IMG/VR virus record: IMGVR_UViG_2526164702_000004
Coordinates: 12,985-76,984 of that record
DNA: 64,000 nt
Direction: 5' to 3' (one strand)
Origin: a virus
Lineage: Duplodnaviria; Caudoviricetes
Shown: in pieces, positions 30,024-38,033 of the stretch
How the letters are laid out: each line of letters begins with the position of its first letter
How positions within the stretch are numbered: the stretch's first letter is position 1
The notes under the pieces: generated by a model
What the model was told of the DNA's origin: nothing
What the model saw: the letters and a program-made list of their open reading frames with translations, nothing else
The model's database searches: none
Translations under genes and position numbers: made by a program

Positions 30024-30746
30024 ATGTCTGTATATTCTTTTAATATACTCAGTTTATCTTCAGAGCAATCTGTATATGATAAAAATCTAAAATATGGTTA
30101 TCTAGCCAGATACTTTACTCCAGTCACACAATCTAAACAAAATCCATTTATGACAGTTGAGGAGTATCGTAATCTTACATATTCCCCTAATATATTAAAT
30201 TACAAGGAAGGAACATCTAATGCCATAGACTTTTTTATTTCTGGAATGAAAAAATTTCTTGATCATATATTAGAGTTACATAATGAACAAAATGCTATTT
30301 TAATACCAGTGCCATCTTCAAAAGCAAAAAATGACCCTTTTTATAATAATCAACCTAAAAACAAAAATCTTGATGCACCACCTTTAAGGAAAAGAAATAG
30401 AGACAATAGAAATATAATATTTGTAAATCGCATTTGTGAATCCGATAATAAATATAAATGTGTGGAAGGAATTCATAGAATATCGTCTAAGAAAGAAAAA
30501 GAAAGAATTCCTATTGAAGATTATATTAGTGATTTAGAGATAAGACATACTGAAGAGTTGAATGGGAAGTGTGTCATTTTGATTGACGATATTAAAACCC
30601 ATGGAACTACTTTTGATGCGTGTTTAAGATTGATAGATAATCATGCAACGCCTAGTCTGTTGATAACTATTGCAATTGGGCAAACAAGATCCCATGAAAG
30701 TTTTAAAAACGAAAGAAAAGAAATTTTAGAGCCAGACTTTTTTTAA
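30024..30746 (+). CDS. Phosphoribosyltransferase (ComF-like)
   Basis: LIPVPSS and VILIDDIKTHGTTF PRPP-binding loop. Confidence 0.8.
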   Translation: MSVYSFNILSLSSEQSVYDKNLKYGYLARYFTPVTQSKQNPFMTVEEYRNLTYSPNILNYKEGTSNAIDFFISGMKKFLDHILELHNEQNAILIPVPSSKAKNDPFYNNQPKNKNLDAPPLRKRNRDNRNIIFVNRICESDNKYKCVEGIHRISSKKEKERIPIEDYISDLEIRHTEELNGKCVILIDDIKTHGTTFDACLRLIDNHATPSLLITIAIGQTRSHESFKNERKEILEPDFF

Positions 30747-31026
30747 TAATATTGCACCGAGGCCGATTTGCGTTCTTGATGCAGAGGAATTGGCAATGTA
30801 TAAAGCATTTATCGAATCTAAGAAAAAGATAATCAAAAAATCAATTATATAAAATAATCTTTCAAACCACATCTACTTTAAAAAAGCATAAAGTAATTTT
30901 CAAGCCTTCTGATTGTAATTTATATTATGTCTCTTCGTATAAATTATTATTAACCAAAATTATTTGACGTTTATGGCAAGGTTGTTTTATTTTGCCAAAA
31001 CTAAAATTATTTGAGGTAAATGTGAG

Positions 31027-31275
31027 ATGAAATCGAAAGGAGTGGCTTATGTGCTTTGGTTATTTAGTTTTTTCGGATGGTTTGGATTGCATCGATTTTA
31101 CATAGGTAAAGTTGGAACAGGGATTCTTTGGATCTTTACAGGTGGTTTATTTGGACTTGGTTCACTTTATGATTTATTTTCTTTAGGTGGTCAGGTGGAT
31201 GCTGTTAATACAACTAAAGAATTGAAAGAGATTCGGACTGCAACTTTAGCAAATATATCTAATAAAAACATCTAA
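31027..31275 (+). CDS. TM2/NINE-domain membrane protein
   Basis: AYVLWLF..GLHRFYIGKVGTGILWIFTGGLFGLG. Confidence 0.85.
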   Translation: MKSKGVAYVLWLFSFFGWFGLHRFYIGKVGTGILWIFTGGLFGLGSLYDLFSLGGQVDAVNTTKELKEIRTATLANISNKNI

Positions 31276-31295
31276 TCAAAATTCAGGAAACATCT

Positions 31296-32684
31296 ATGTC
31301 TACGTTCTTTGCTCTCGTAATTTTATTTGTTCTATTCTGTTTCCCGTTTCTATTATATTTCTATTACAAAAAAGTAAAACAATTCAATGAGCTATATAAT
31401 AAGTATAAAGATATTATTGATTTAGAAAAACATAAGTCAAATGTCATTAACGAGACCGATGATTTGATACGCGAAAGGAATCGCAAACTGAATGAAATAC
31501 AAGTAGAGATTGATCAACTAAGAAAAGATTATTTAGAAAAAAGACAATTATTTGAAAACCTAATTCGTGAAGTCGCAATTTATGAAGACAAGTCTGAGAT
31601 TATAAGTCACGGTTTGTATAAACCTCATTTTGACTTTGATACTTCAGACGAATATAAAGAAGCACTTTTAGAGATAAGAGAATCTTGTAAAGAGATGATT
31701 AAATCCGAGACAGCAGCATCTGCTTCAGTTGCTTGGCATGTAAACGGAAGTTACACAGAAGGGAAAAAACAAACAAAACATTATATTAAGTTAATGCTCC
31801 GTGCATTTAATGGCGAATGCGATGCAATGATCGCTGATGTACGTTGGAATAATATCTCAAAAATGGAAGAACGAATAGCTAAGGTTCATGATGCGATAAA
31901 TAAATTAGGTGAAACACATTATATAAAAATTACAAACGATTACTATAGGTTAAAACTACAAGAATTACAACTTACTCATGAATATAGAGATAAAATTTAT
32001 CAAGAAAAACAGGAACAAAAGAGGATCCAAGAACAAATTCGTGAAGAAGAAAAGGTTCAAAGAGAAATTGAAAAGGCGTTAAGAGATTCAGAAGACGAAG
32101 AAAAACGATACACTAAGGCTTTGGAACAGGCAAAAAAAGAACTGGAAAAAGCCCAGGGCGAACAGTTGCAATTGGTCCAAGCAAAAATGGAAGCTTTGCA
32201 AAAAGAATTAGAGAATGCACAAAGCGCAAAACAAAGAGCCTTATCTTTAGCCCAACAAACAAAAGTAGGGCATGTATATGTAATATCTAATATAGGTTCG
32301 TTCGGAGAAAGTGTATTTAAGGTGGGGATGACACGGCGATTAGATCCAATGGACCGTGTAAAGGAATTAGGAGATGCGTCTGTTCCGTTTGAATTTGACG
32401 TTCACGCAATTGTTTATTCTGAAAATGCGCCTGAACTCGAAAAATTGCTTCATAAAAACTTTGATCATAAAAGAGTAAACCTTGTAAACAACCGAAAAGA
32501 ATTTTTTGAAATTACTCTGGATGAGATAGAGCAAATTGTAAAAAAACATAATGGTGATGTGCAATTTACAAAAGCAGCTGAAGCAAGGGAATATCGAGAG
32601 TCTATGAAAATTAAATTAAATCGTCAAAATACAAATGTATCTACAATGTCAAATGTCTTAGACTCCATACCGCAAAGTATATAG
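31296..32684 (+). CDS. DUF4041 + T5orf172 (GIY-YIG-like) membrane-anchored protein
   Basis: N-terminal TM, coiled coil, GHVYVISNIGSFGESVFKVGMTRRLDPMDRVKELGDASVPF. Confidence 0.85.
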   Translation: MSTFFALVILFVLFCFPFLLYFYYKKVKQFNELYNKYKDIIDLEKHKSNVINETDDLIRERNRKLNEIQVEIDQLRKDYLEKRQLFENLIREVAIYEDKSEIISHGLYKPHFDFDTSDEYKEALLEIRESCKEMIKSETAASASVAWHVNGSYTEGKKQTKHYIKLMLRAFNGECDAMIADVRWNNISKMEERIAKVHDAINKLGETHYIKITNDYYRLKLQELQLTHEYRDKIYQEKQEQKRIQEQIREEEKVQREIEKALRDSEDEEKRYTKALEQAKKELEKAQGEQLQLVQAKMEALQKELENAQSAKQRALSLAQQTKVGHVYVISNIGSFGESVFKVGMTRRLDPMDRVKELGDASVPFEFDVHAIVYSENAPELEKLLHKNFDHKRVNLVNNRKEFFEITLDEIEQIVKKHNGDVQFTKAAEAREYRESMKIKLNRQNTNVSTMSNVLDSIPQSI

Positions 32685-32777
32685 AAAACGATAAAATCTA
32701 TTATGAAACTTATCGGAAAGTTTGCAGTTTCGAAAGTGAGAATTAGAGAAATACACTTGTAACAATTCAAACCATAC

Positions 32778-33173
32778 CTACTTTAAAAACGTTTCGATAA
32801 TCGTCTTAATTTTCTTTAAGTCTTCTGGCTGTATCTTTACAAGTATCTCTGCAATCTCGCATAATGTAGGATTATTAATAATCTTACGGGATAGTATGAT
32901 CCCTTTTTCAATCAGTTCTTTTTCTGCTTCTGTTACATTCAAAGGAGTTGTATTCTTTTCGGGTCCTATTCCTTTGTGTGTCCACTCTTTTCTAAATCCA
33001 TACTTTAGTTCGATTACGATAGTAATACGATCAGTCAAATCCCGTTTATTATTCTCGAGCTGACTTAAGAGCTCCTGACTGATTCCAATCGATTTCGCAA
33101 ATTCGTCCTGGCTGATTTTTTGCCCGGTTCCCTCTGTTCGTATGTATTTGATTCTTTCGCCTGGTGTGTTCAA
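32778..33173 (-). CDS. CI-like repressor (XRE HTH)
   Basis: GERIKYIR..SQDEFAKSIGISQELLSQLENNKR; divergent from the Cro-like gene. Confidence 0.8.
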   Translation of the reverse strand: MNTPGERIKYIRTEGTGQKISQDEFAKSIGISQELLSQLENNKRDLTDRITIVIELKYGFRKEWTHKGIGPEKNTTPLNVTEAEKELIEKGIILSRKIINNPTLCEIAEILVKIQPEDLKKIKTIIETFLK

Positions 33174-33275
33174 ATAAATATTTCTCTTTAATAAAATTTA
33201 CTTGTAAAATATTGCATTGTAATACATGGTCATCCCAGCAATTAAGCACCACAACGCACTGACAGGAGAGATAAA

Positions 33276-33521
33276 TTGAGCGTCGCAAAAAATCAAGGGC
33301 GAATTTGGCCCAAAGGTGTTATGTCCCGTGAAGAGATTAAGACGGAGCTGCAGTTTTTAAATAAAACTTATGATGTGATTTCTCACGAAACAGGAATGTC
33401 GTACGACGTTGTCCGCGGAACGATTGCGGGAAGAAAACGAAATGCCGTCGTTCTTCAGTATCTTACGAATCTTGGCATCGATCACGGAAGAACCCCAAGC
33501 CCGAGCCGCAAGGCAAGCTAA
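33276..33521 (+). CDS. Cro/Ner-like HTH protein
   Basis: KTYDVISHETGMSYDVVRGTIAG; first gene of the early operon. Confidence 0.7.
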   Translation: MSVAKNQGRIWPKGVMSREEIKTELQFLNKTYDVISHETGMSYDVVRGTIAGRKRNAVVLQYLTNLGIDHGRTPSPSRKAS

Positions 33522-33576
33522 GTAATATTAGAAAAACATAAAACGCTTCGTGGGTTCCCGACACACAGAGGCAACG

Positions 33577-33753
33577 ATGGAAAATTCGCAGAACAGAGAG
33601 ATAGAAAAAATTGAATACTTTTGGCAGTACAACAAGCACGGAATACAGCGGCCATTGTGTAGGGTACTGGCATTGTATCAGTGTGCTTATCTTCGGTACA
33701 TGATCGATTGGTTCAGGCCGCTGGAAGTAAGAGAGAAAGTAGTAAGGACTTGA
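33577..33753 (+). CDS. Small hypothetical protein
   Basis: 58 aa with RBS AGAGG. Confidence 0.45.
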   Translation: MENSQNREIEKIEYFWQYNKHGIQRPLCRVLALYQCAYLRYMIDWFRPLEVREKVVRT

Positions 33754-33789
33754 GAGATTTACGGGATATAGCAAAGATGGAATTGAGAG

Positions 33790-34047
33790 ATGGCAATAGA
33801 AAAGAAATTGATAACGGAAGCAATAAAGCGACGTCGTCAAAATATGGACACAGAGGCGGCGGATCGAGAAATGCTTATTCAGTATATTCGTCAATTCGTG
33901 GATTCGCAACGTGGGAATCAAAAACTTTTAGCCGAAGCAAGCTCTATTCCTCAGAACAAAATATCCAGTTTAATACGGGAGCGCAGCTTTTCACCCGGAA
34001 TGGATACGATCATAAAGCTTGCCGAAACAATACAAAATATCCAGTAA
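33790..34047 (+). CDS. Array HTH protein 1
   Basis: RGNQKLLAEASSIP-QNKISSL-...PGMDTIIKLAE. Confidence 0.85.
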   Translation: MAIEKKLITEAIKRRRQNMDTEAADREMLIQYIRQFVDSQRGNQKLLAEASSIPQNKISSLIRERSFSPGMDTIIKLAETIQNIQ

Positions 34048-34091
34048 GTGGATATTATTTACTTGACTTATATCCATCTTGTGGATATTTA
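34036..34091 (+). promoter_or_regulatory. Operator pair and promoter 1
   Basis: AATATCCA-N5-TGGATATT; TTGACT at 34063; ATATCCA-N5-TGGATAT. Confidence 0.85.
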
Positions 34092-34185
34092 ATCCCTCAC
34101 AACAATACCCCAACCCTTAACCAAACAAGCGAAAGAAGTAAGGACTTGAGAGATTTACGGGATATAGCAAAGATGGAATTGAGAG

Positions 34186-34428
34186 ATGAAAAATATACAC
34201 GATGTGATAACCAACCGAAAGAATTGTCTTCGGTCGGAAGCCGAAGAGAAAGAATATCTAATCGATTATATCCGGAAGTTTGTCGATGCCAAAAGGGGAA
34301 ATCAAAAACTTTTAGCGGAAGCAAGTGGCATTCGTCAGTCAACAATCTCCAATCTAATACGCAATGCAGGACCATCGCCCGGAATGGAAGTCATCATAGC
34401 TCTTGCCGAAGAAATTCAAAAAATTTAA
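34186..34428 (+). CDS. Array HTH protein 2
   Basis: Recognition-helix region QSTISNL. Confidence 0.85.
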   Translation: MKNIHDVITNRKNCLRSEAEEKEYLIDYIRKFVDAKRGNQKLLAEASGIRQSTISNLIRNAGPSPGMEVIIALAEEIQKI

Positions 34429-34475
34429 AGTTTAAATATTTAAATCTTGACAAATATTTAATTTTTAAATATATT
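34421..34475 (+). promoter_or_regulatory. Operator pair and promoter 2
   Basis: AAATTTA-N5-TAAATAT; TTGACA at 34447; ATATTTA-N5-TAAATAT; TATATT at 17-bp spacing. Confidence 0.85.
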
Positions 34476-34589
34476 CCCCACAACAATACCCCGATCCTTA
34501 ACCAAAATATGGCCGCATCTTTGTGCGCTCATGCAGTGTGAACTTTGTGTTGAGAGATTTAATGAGTGTGATAACAATGGAATTAAGAG

Positions 34590-34847
34590 ATGGCCACGAA
34601 AAAAGAAATGATCGATCAGGCAATAGAACGCCGACAGCACTGTTTGAATACAAGCGAATCGGATCGTGCGCTTATGATAGAATATATTCGGGAATTTGTA
34701 GAACTGAAACGCGGAAATCAAATTCTACTCGCACGGGAGAGTGGAATTCCTCAGTCCAAGATTTCGAATCTTCTCAATGGAACCGGCACATCTGCAGGAA
34801 TGGAGACGTTGGTAATCCTCGCACTTGCTGTAAAAAATATAACGTAG
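34590..34847 (+). CDS. Array HTH protein 3
   Basis: Recognition-helix region QSKISNL. Confidence 0.85.
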   Translation: MATKKEMIDQAIERRQHCLNTSESDRALMIEYIREFVELKRGNQILLARESGIPQSKISNLLNGTGTSAGMETLVILALAVKNIT

Positions 34848-34891
34848 CGTTATGTTTTTGCCTTGACAAATATATCGCTCAGGTATATATT
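34837..34891 (+). promoter_or_regulatory. Operator pair and promoter 3
   Basis: ATATAAC-N5-GTTATGT; TTGACA at 34863; ATATATC-N5-GGTATAT; TATATT. Confidence 0.8.
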
Positions 34892-35005
34892 AATCCCCAC
34901 AATACCCCGATCCTTAACCAAAATATGGCCGCATCTTTGTGCGCTCATGCAGTGTGAACTTTGTGTTGAGAGATTTAATGAGTGTGATAACAATGGAATT
35001 GAGAG

Positions 35006-35278
35006 ATGGCAAAAAAAGAAACGAAAGAGCAATCAATCGAAGAGATTATTGCACACAGGCGGAACTGTCTGGACACGGAAGAGTCAGACAAGGAAGCACT
35101 GACGGAGTACGTTCGCCAGTTTGCAAAAGCGAAGAGGGGAAACACAATTCTTCTTTCGCGCGAAAGTGGAATTCCTCAGTCCAAAATATCGAATCTATTA
35201 AACAAAACAGGATCATCTCCTGGAATGGAAACTTTAATCATTCTTGCTCAAACTATAAAAAATATACCAACTCGGTAA
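35006..35278 (+). CDS. Array HTH protein 4
   Basis: Recognition-helix region QSKISNL, same as protein 3. Confidence 0.85.
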   Translation: MAKKETKEQSIEEIIAHRRNCLDTEESDKEALTEYVRQFAKAKRGNTILLSRESGIPQSKISNLLNKTGSSPGMETLIILAQTIKNIPTR

Positions 35279-35316
35279 CATTTTTAATTGACAAATGTAC
35301 CAAGCCGGTATATATT
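35262..35316 (+). promoter_or_regulatory. Operator pair and promoter 4
   Basis: ATATACC-N5-GGTAACA; TTGACA at 35288; ATGTACC-N5-GGTATAT; TATATT. Confidence 0.8.
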
Positions 35317-35430
35317 AATTCCCACAATACCCCGATCCTTAACCAAAATATGGCCGCATCTTTGTGCGCTCATGCAGTGTGAACTTTGTGTTGAGAGATT
35401 TAATGAGTGTGATAACAATGGAATTGAGAG

Positions 35431-35694
35431 ATGGCAATAGAAAAAGAAACGATCGATCAGGCAATAGAACGCCGACAGCACTGTTTAGATACAAGCGAAT
35501 CGGATCGTACACTTATGATAGAATATATTCGGGAATTCGTAGAACTGAAGCGTGGAAACCAAAGACGTCTTGCAGAAGCAAGCAGTGTTCCGGAATCCAG
35601 AATATCCAATCTCTTAAAAAATACCGGTGTCAGTCCGGGGATAGAAATAATACTTATCCTTGCCCAAAATGCAAAAAAGTTATTATCGCAATAA
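35431..35694 (+). CDS. Array HTH protein 5
   Basis: Recognition-helix region ESRISNL. Confidence 0.85.
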   Translation: MAIEKETIDQAIERRQHCLDTSESDRTLMIEYIREFVELKRGNQRRLAEASSVPESRISNLLKNTGVSPGIEIILILAQNAKKLLSQ

Positions 35695-35731
35695 CTTTTT
35701 ATCTTGACAAACTTAATAAAACAATAAGTTT
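35676..35731 (+). promoter_or_regulatory. Operator pair and promoter 5
   Basis: AAAGTTATT-N5-AATAACTTT (perfect); TTGACA at 35704; AAACTTAAT-N5-AATAAGTTT. Confidence 0.85.
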
Positions 35732-35753
35732 TATTCCTTACAATACCCCGACC

Positions 35754-35784
35754 AAAAATAAAAAAGCCCGGCGGCAACCGGGCT
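35754..35784 (-). terminator. Intrinsic terminator oriented on the minus strand
   Basis: AGCCCGG-N6-CCGGGCT hairpin with the A-tract on its left (U-tract on the minus strand). Confidence 0.65.
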
Positions 35785-35867
35785 CCGAGGTAAACTTACG
35801 TTTAACACCTAAGCGTTTTTTATCTCCTCTTTTATTTGCGGTCAACCAAAAAATTTAGGAGATACCT

Positions 35868-36062
35868 ATGACCCCAAGATACTACCTGTCAGACCGTGCC
35901 CGGATTGCGTTTGAATGTTTCGAGATCCGCAACGGATACAAACCAAACCACAAAGAGCAAGTTGAGATATTGCGAAACGAAGGGTTTAACCCGGCAACAA
36001 TTGCTTTTTTTATGCAATGTGTTCACACAACTCCCAGGCATTCCAGTGAGGTGTTCGCATGA
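35868..36062 (+). CDS. Small hypothetical protein within the array
   Basis: 64 aa; strong RBS AGGAGA. Confidence 0.6.
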   Translation: MTPRYYLSDRARIAFECFEIRNGYKPNHKEQVEILRNEGFNPATIAFFMQCVHTTPRHSSEVFA

Positions 36063-36107
36063 AGGCATTGATAAAAATCAAACAAAGTCCGATAATGGAT
36101 AGGAGAC

Positions 36108-36368
36108 ATGTCGAAGAAAGAGACGATAAAACAAATTATCGAACACAGACGGAAGTGTGTGGATACAGAAGAGTCAGACAAGGAAGCGCTGACAGAATAT
36201 ATTCGGGAATTTGCAAAAGCGAAGAGGGGAAATACAATTCTTCTTTCGCGCGAGAGTGGAGTTCCGGATGCCAAAATCTCAAACCTGTTAAATCAAAGTG
36301 GATTCCCTCCAGGAATGGAAATAATTTTAAAGCTTGCCGAAACAATACAAAAACTACAAAATCTATAG
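36108..36368 (+). CDS. Array HTH protein 6
   Basis: Recognition-helix region DAKISNL. Confidence 0.85.
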   Translation: MSKKETIKQIIEHRRKCVDTEESDKEALTEYIREFAKAKRGNTILLSRESGVPDAKISNLLNQSGFPPGMEIILKLAETIQKLQNL

Positions 36369-36402
36369 ATTTAGTCCTTGACAATTCTACAGAAACTATA
36401 GC
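36352..36402 (+). promoter_or_regulatory. Operator pair and promoter 6
   Basis: CTACA-N5-TATAG twice, flanking TTGACA at 36378. Confidence 0.8.
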
Positions 36403-36484
36403 TTATAGCACCTCATACAACTTAGGAGGTGCTATATGAAACAGTTGAGTGAATCAACTCAGTTTCCGATAATGGATGAGAGAC

Positions 36485-36745
36485 ATGTCGAAGAAAGAGA
36501 CGATAAAACAAATTATCGAACACAGACGGAAGTGTGTGGATTCGGAGCAAGAACACCGCGAAGCGTTAATAGAATACATTCGAGAGTTTGTGCGGGCGAA
36601 ACGCGGGAACACAGCTTTACTTACTCAACAAACCGGCATTCCCGGATCACGAATATCCCATCTTGTAAACAACACAGGCCGTCCTCCTGGAATGGATGGA
36701 CTCCTAACTTTAGCCGAAGCAATAACAAAACTGCACAAAGTGTAA
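36485..36745 (+). CDS. Array HTH protein 7
   Basis: Recognition-helix region GSRISHL. Confidence 0.85.
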   Translation: MSKKETIKQIIEHRRKCVDSEQEHREALIEYIREFVRAKRGNTALLTQQTGIPGSRISHLVNNTGRPPGMDGLLTLAEAITKLHKV

Positions 36746-36782
36746 ATTTATTCCTTGACAATGTTGCACATTGTGCAACATT
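36730..36782 (+). promoter_or_regulatory. Operator pair and promoter 7
   Basis: TGCA-CAAAG-TGTA; TTGACA at 36755; AATGTTGCA-N5-TGCAACATT (perfect). Confidence 0.8.
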
Positions 36783-36861
36783 CTGCACCTCATACAACTT
36801 AGGAGGTGCTATATGAAACAGTTGAGTGAATCAACTCAGTTTCCGATAATGGATGAGAGAC

Positions 36862-37122
36862 ATGTCGAAGAAAGAGACGATAAAACAAATTATCGAACAC
36901 AGACGGAAGTGTGTGGATTCGGAGCAAGAACACCGCGAAGCGTTAATAGAATACATTCGAGAGTTTGTAGAACAGAAACGAGGAAACACAGTTCTTCTTT
37001 CACAACAAACAGGAATTCCAGTTTCGCGTATCTCCAATCTGGTCAACAACTCTGGCCGACCTCCGGGCATGGACGGACTTCTAACGCTTGCGGAGGTAAT
37101 TCAAAAAGTACACAATGTTTAG
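36862..37122 (+). CDS. Array HTH protein 8
   Basis: Recognition-helix region VSRISNL. Confidence 0.85.
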   Translation: MSKKETIKQIIEHRRKCVDSEQEHREALIEYIREFVEQKRGNTVLLSQQTGIPVSRISNLVNNSGRPPGMDGLLTLAEVIQKVHNV

Positions 37123-37160
37123 ATTTATTTATTGACAAAAATAAACATTGTGTAGATATT
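37107..37160 (+). promoter_or_regulatory. Operator pair and promoter 8
   Basis: TACA-CAATG-TTTA and its inverted copy TAAA-CATTG-TGTA flank TTGACA at 37132. Confidence 0.8.
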
Positions 37161-37189
37161 CGCACCTCATACAACTTAGGAGGTGCAGC

Positions 37190-37327
37190 GTGAACCCCGA
37201 CACAGACCACCAAATGGACGCACTACGTAATATCGTCCAACTATCTCAAGACGTGCAGGCTGTCCGTAACTGGATTGATGCGAGTGAGCAAATTGCAGAA
37301 ACCCCGTTAACCGAGGTGGAGCAATGA
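37190..37327 (+). CDS. Small hypothetical protein within the array
   Basis: 45 aa; GTG start with RBS AGGAGG; stop/start overlaps at both ends. Confidence 0.55.
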   Translation: MNPDTDHQMDALRNIVQLSQDVQAVRNWIDASEQIAETPLTEVEQ

Positions 37328-37372
37328 ATTGCTTGAGTAAAATCTTAGAAATTCCGAAAATAGGAATAACAC

Positions 37373-37651
37373 ATGTCTTTAACAGACGAACAAATAAAAA
37401 AGACGATTCCCGCAATTATTCGTCAAAGACGAGAGAGTATCTCAAGAGAAGACATCGACAAACAGATGTTAGTCGATTATATCCGATACTTTGTCAATTT
37501 AAAACGTGGAAATGCGGCTCTTCTTGTAAAGGAGACAAAATTTCCTTCTGGAAATTTATCTCGTCTTATTTCCGGCGAGGGTGCTCAACCGTCCTTCGAG
37601 CGAATTCTTTCTATCGCCGAAACTGTTCAAATTCTGCTAAAAAAGCAGTAA
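37373..37651 (+). CDS. Array HTH protein 9 (most divergent)
   Basis: LVDYIRYFV..KRGN...SGNLSRL...PSFERILSIAE. Confidence 0.8.
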   Translation: MSLTDEQIKKTIPAIIRQRRESISREDIDKQMLVDYIRYFVNLKRGNAALLVKETKFPSGNLSRLISGEGAQPSFERILSIAETVQILLKKQ

Positions 37652-37686
37652 TAATTCTTGACAAAAAACCTTCTATAATAGCAGTT
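37633..37686 (+). promoter_or_regulatory. Operator pair and promoter 9, upstream of the recombination/replication genes
   Basis: CTGCT-N5-AGCAG; TTGACA at 37658; CTTCT-N5-AGCAG. Confidence 0.75.
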
Positions 37687-37715
37687 TTCTTTTGCTGCTT
37701 TAAGGAGGCATTGTC

Positions 37716-38033
37716 ATGACATTCAAAGAAGATCAGCAAATGAGCCAGTTAAAAAAACTCATTAGTGAGTCCTCGATAAGCTTGTTGTCTTTGTCGGTTA
37801 ACGGGATCTCACTTGATGACGTTATGCGCGTGGAAAAACAAAAACAGAACGTAAAAGAATCTCGTGCCCGTCTCCGTGCTTTGTTTGTGAGTTACAGACA
37901 GACAATCAGGTATCTCAAAGGGCAAGTCAAAGAGCGTGATGAGGCACTCATGGTGCTCCGTGCGGAGACGGATGCAATGGCGGACGTGATTACGGACATC
38001 AAAAAATCGTACGGCTTCAAGGCGGTGGTGTGA
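37716..38033 (+). CDS. Coiled-coil hypothetical protein
   Basis: 105 aa; RBS AAGGAGG. Confidence 0.65.
   Translation: MTFKEDQQMSQLKKLISESSISLLSLSVNGISLDDVMRVEKQKQNVKESRARLRALFVSYRQTIRYLKGQVKERDEALMVLRAETDAMADVITDIKKSYGFKAVV

Larger units (their letters stand above)
34484..35433 (+). repeat. Three near-identical ~105-bp leader repeats (about 34484, 34900 and 35325)
   Basis: CAATACCCCGATCCTTAACCAAAATATGGCCGCATC...GGAATT(A/G)AGAGATGGC before genes 3, 4 and 5; a different ~50-bp leader is shared by genes 1 and 2. Confidence 0.9.
36408..36966 (+). repeat. Two ~180-bp identical repeats (about 36408 and 36785), plus a partial third copy near 37162
   Basis: GCACCTCATACAACTTAGGAGGTGC...GAATACATTCGAGAGTTTGT covering the leader and N-terminal half of genes 7 and 8. 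Confidence 0.9.

Noticed and set aside
33735-37190. CRISPR array interpretation of the repeated leaders
   Set aside because: Repeats are 50-180 bp with 270-400 bp coding spacers, and there are no cas genes.
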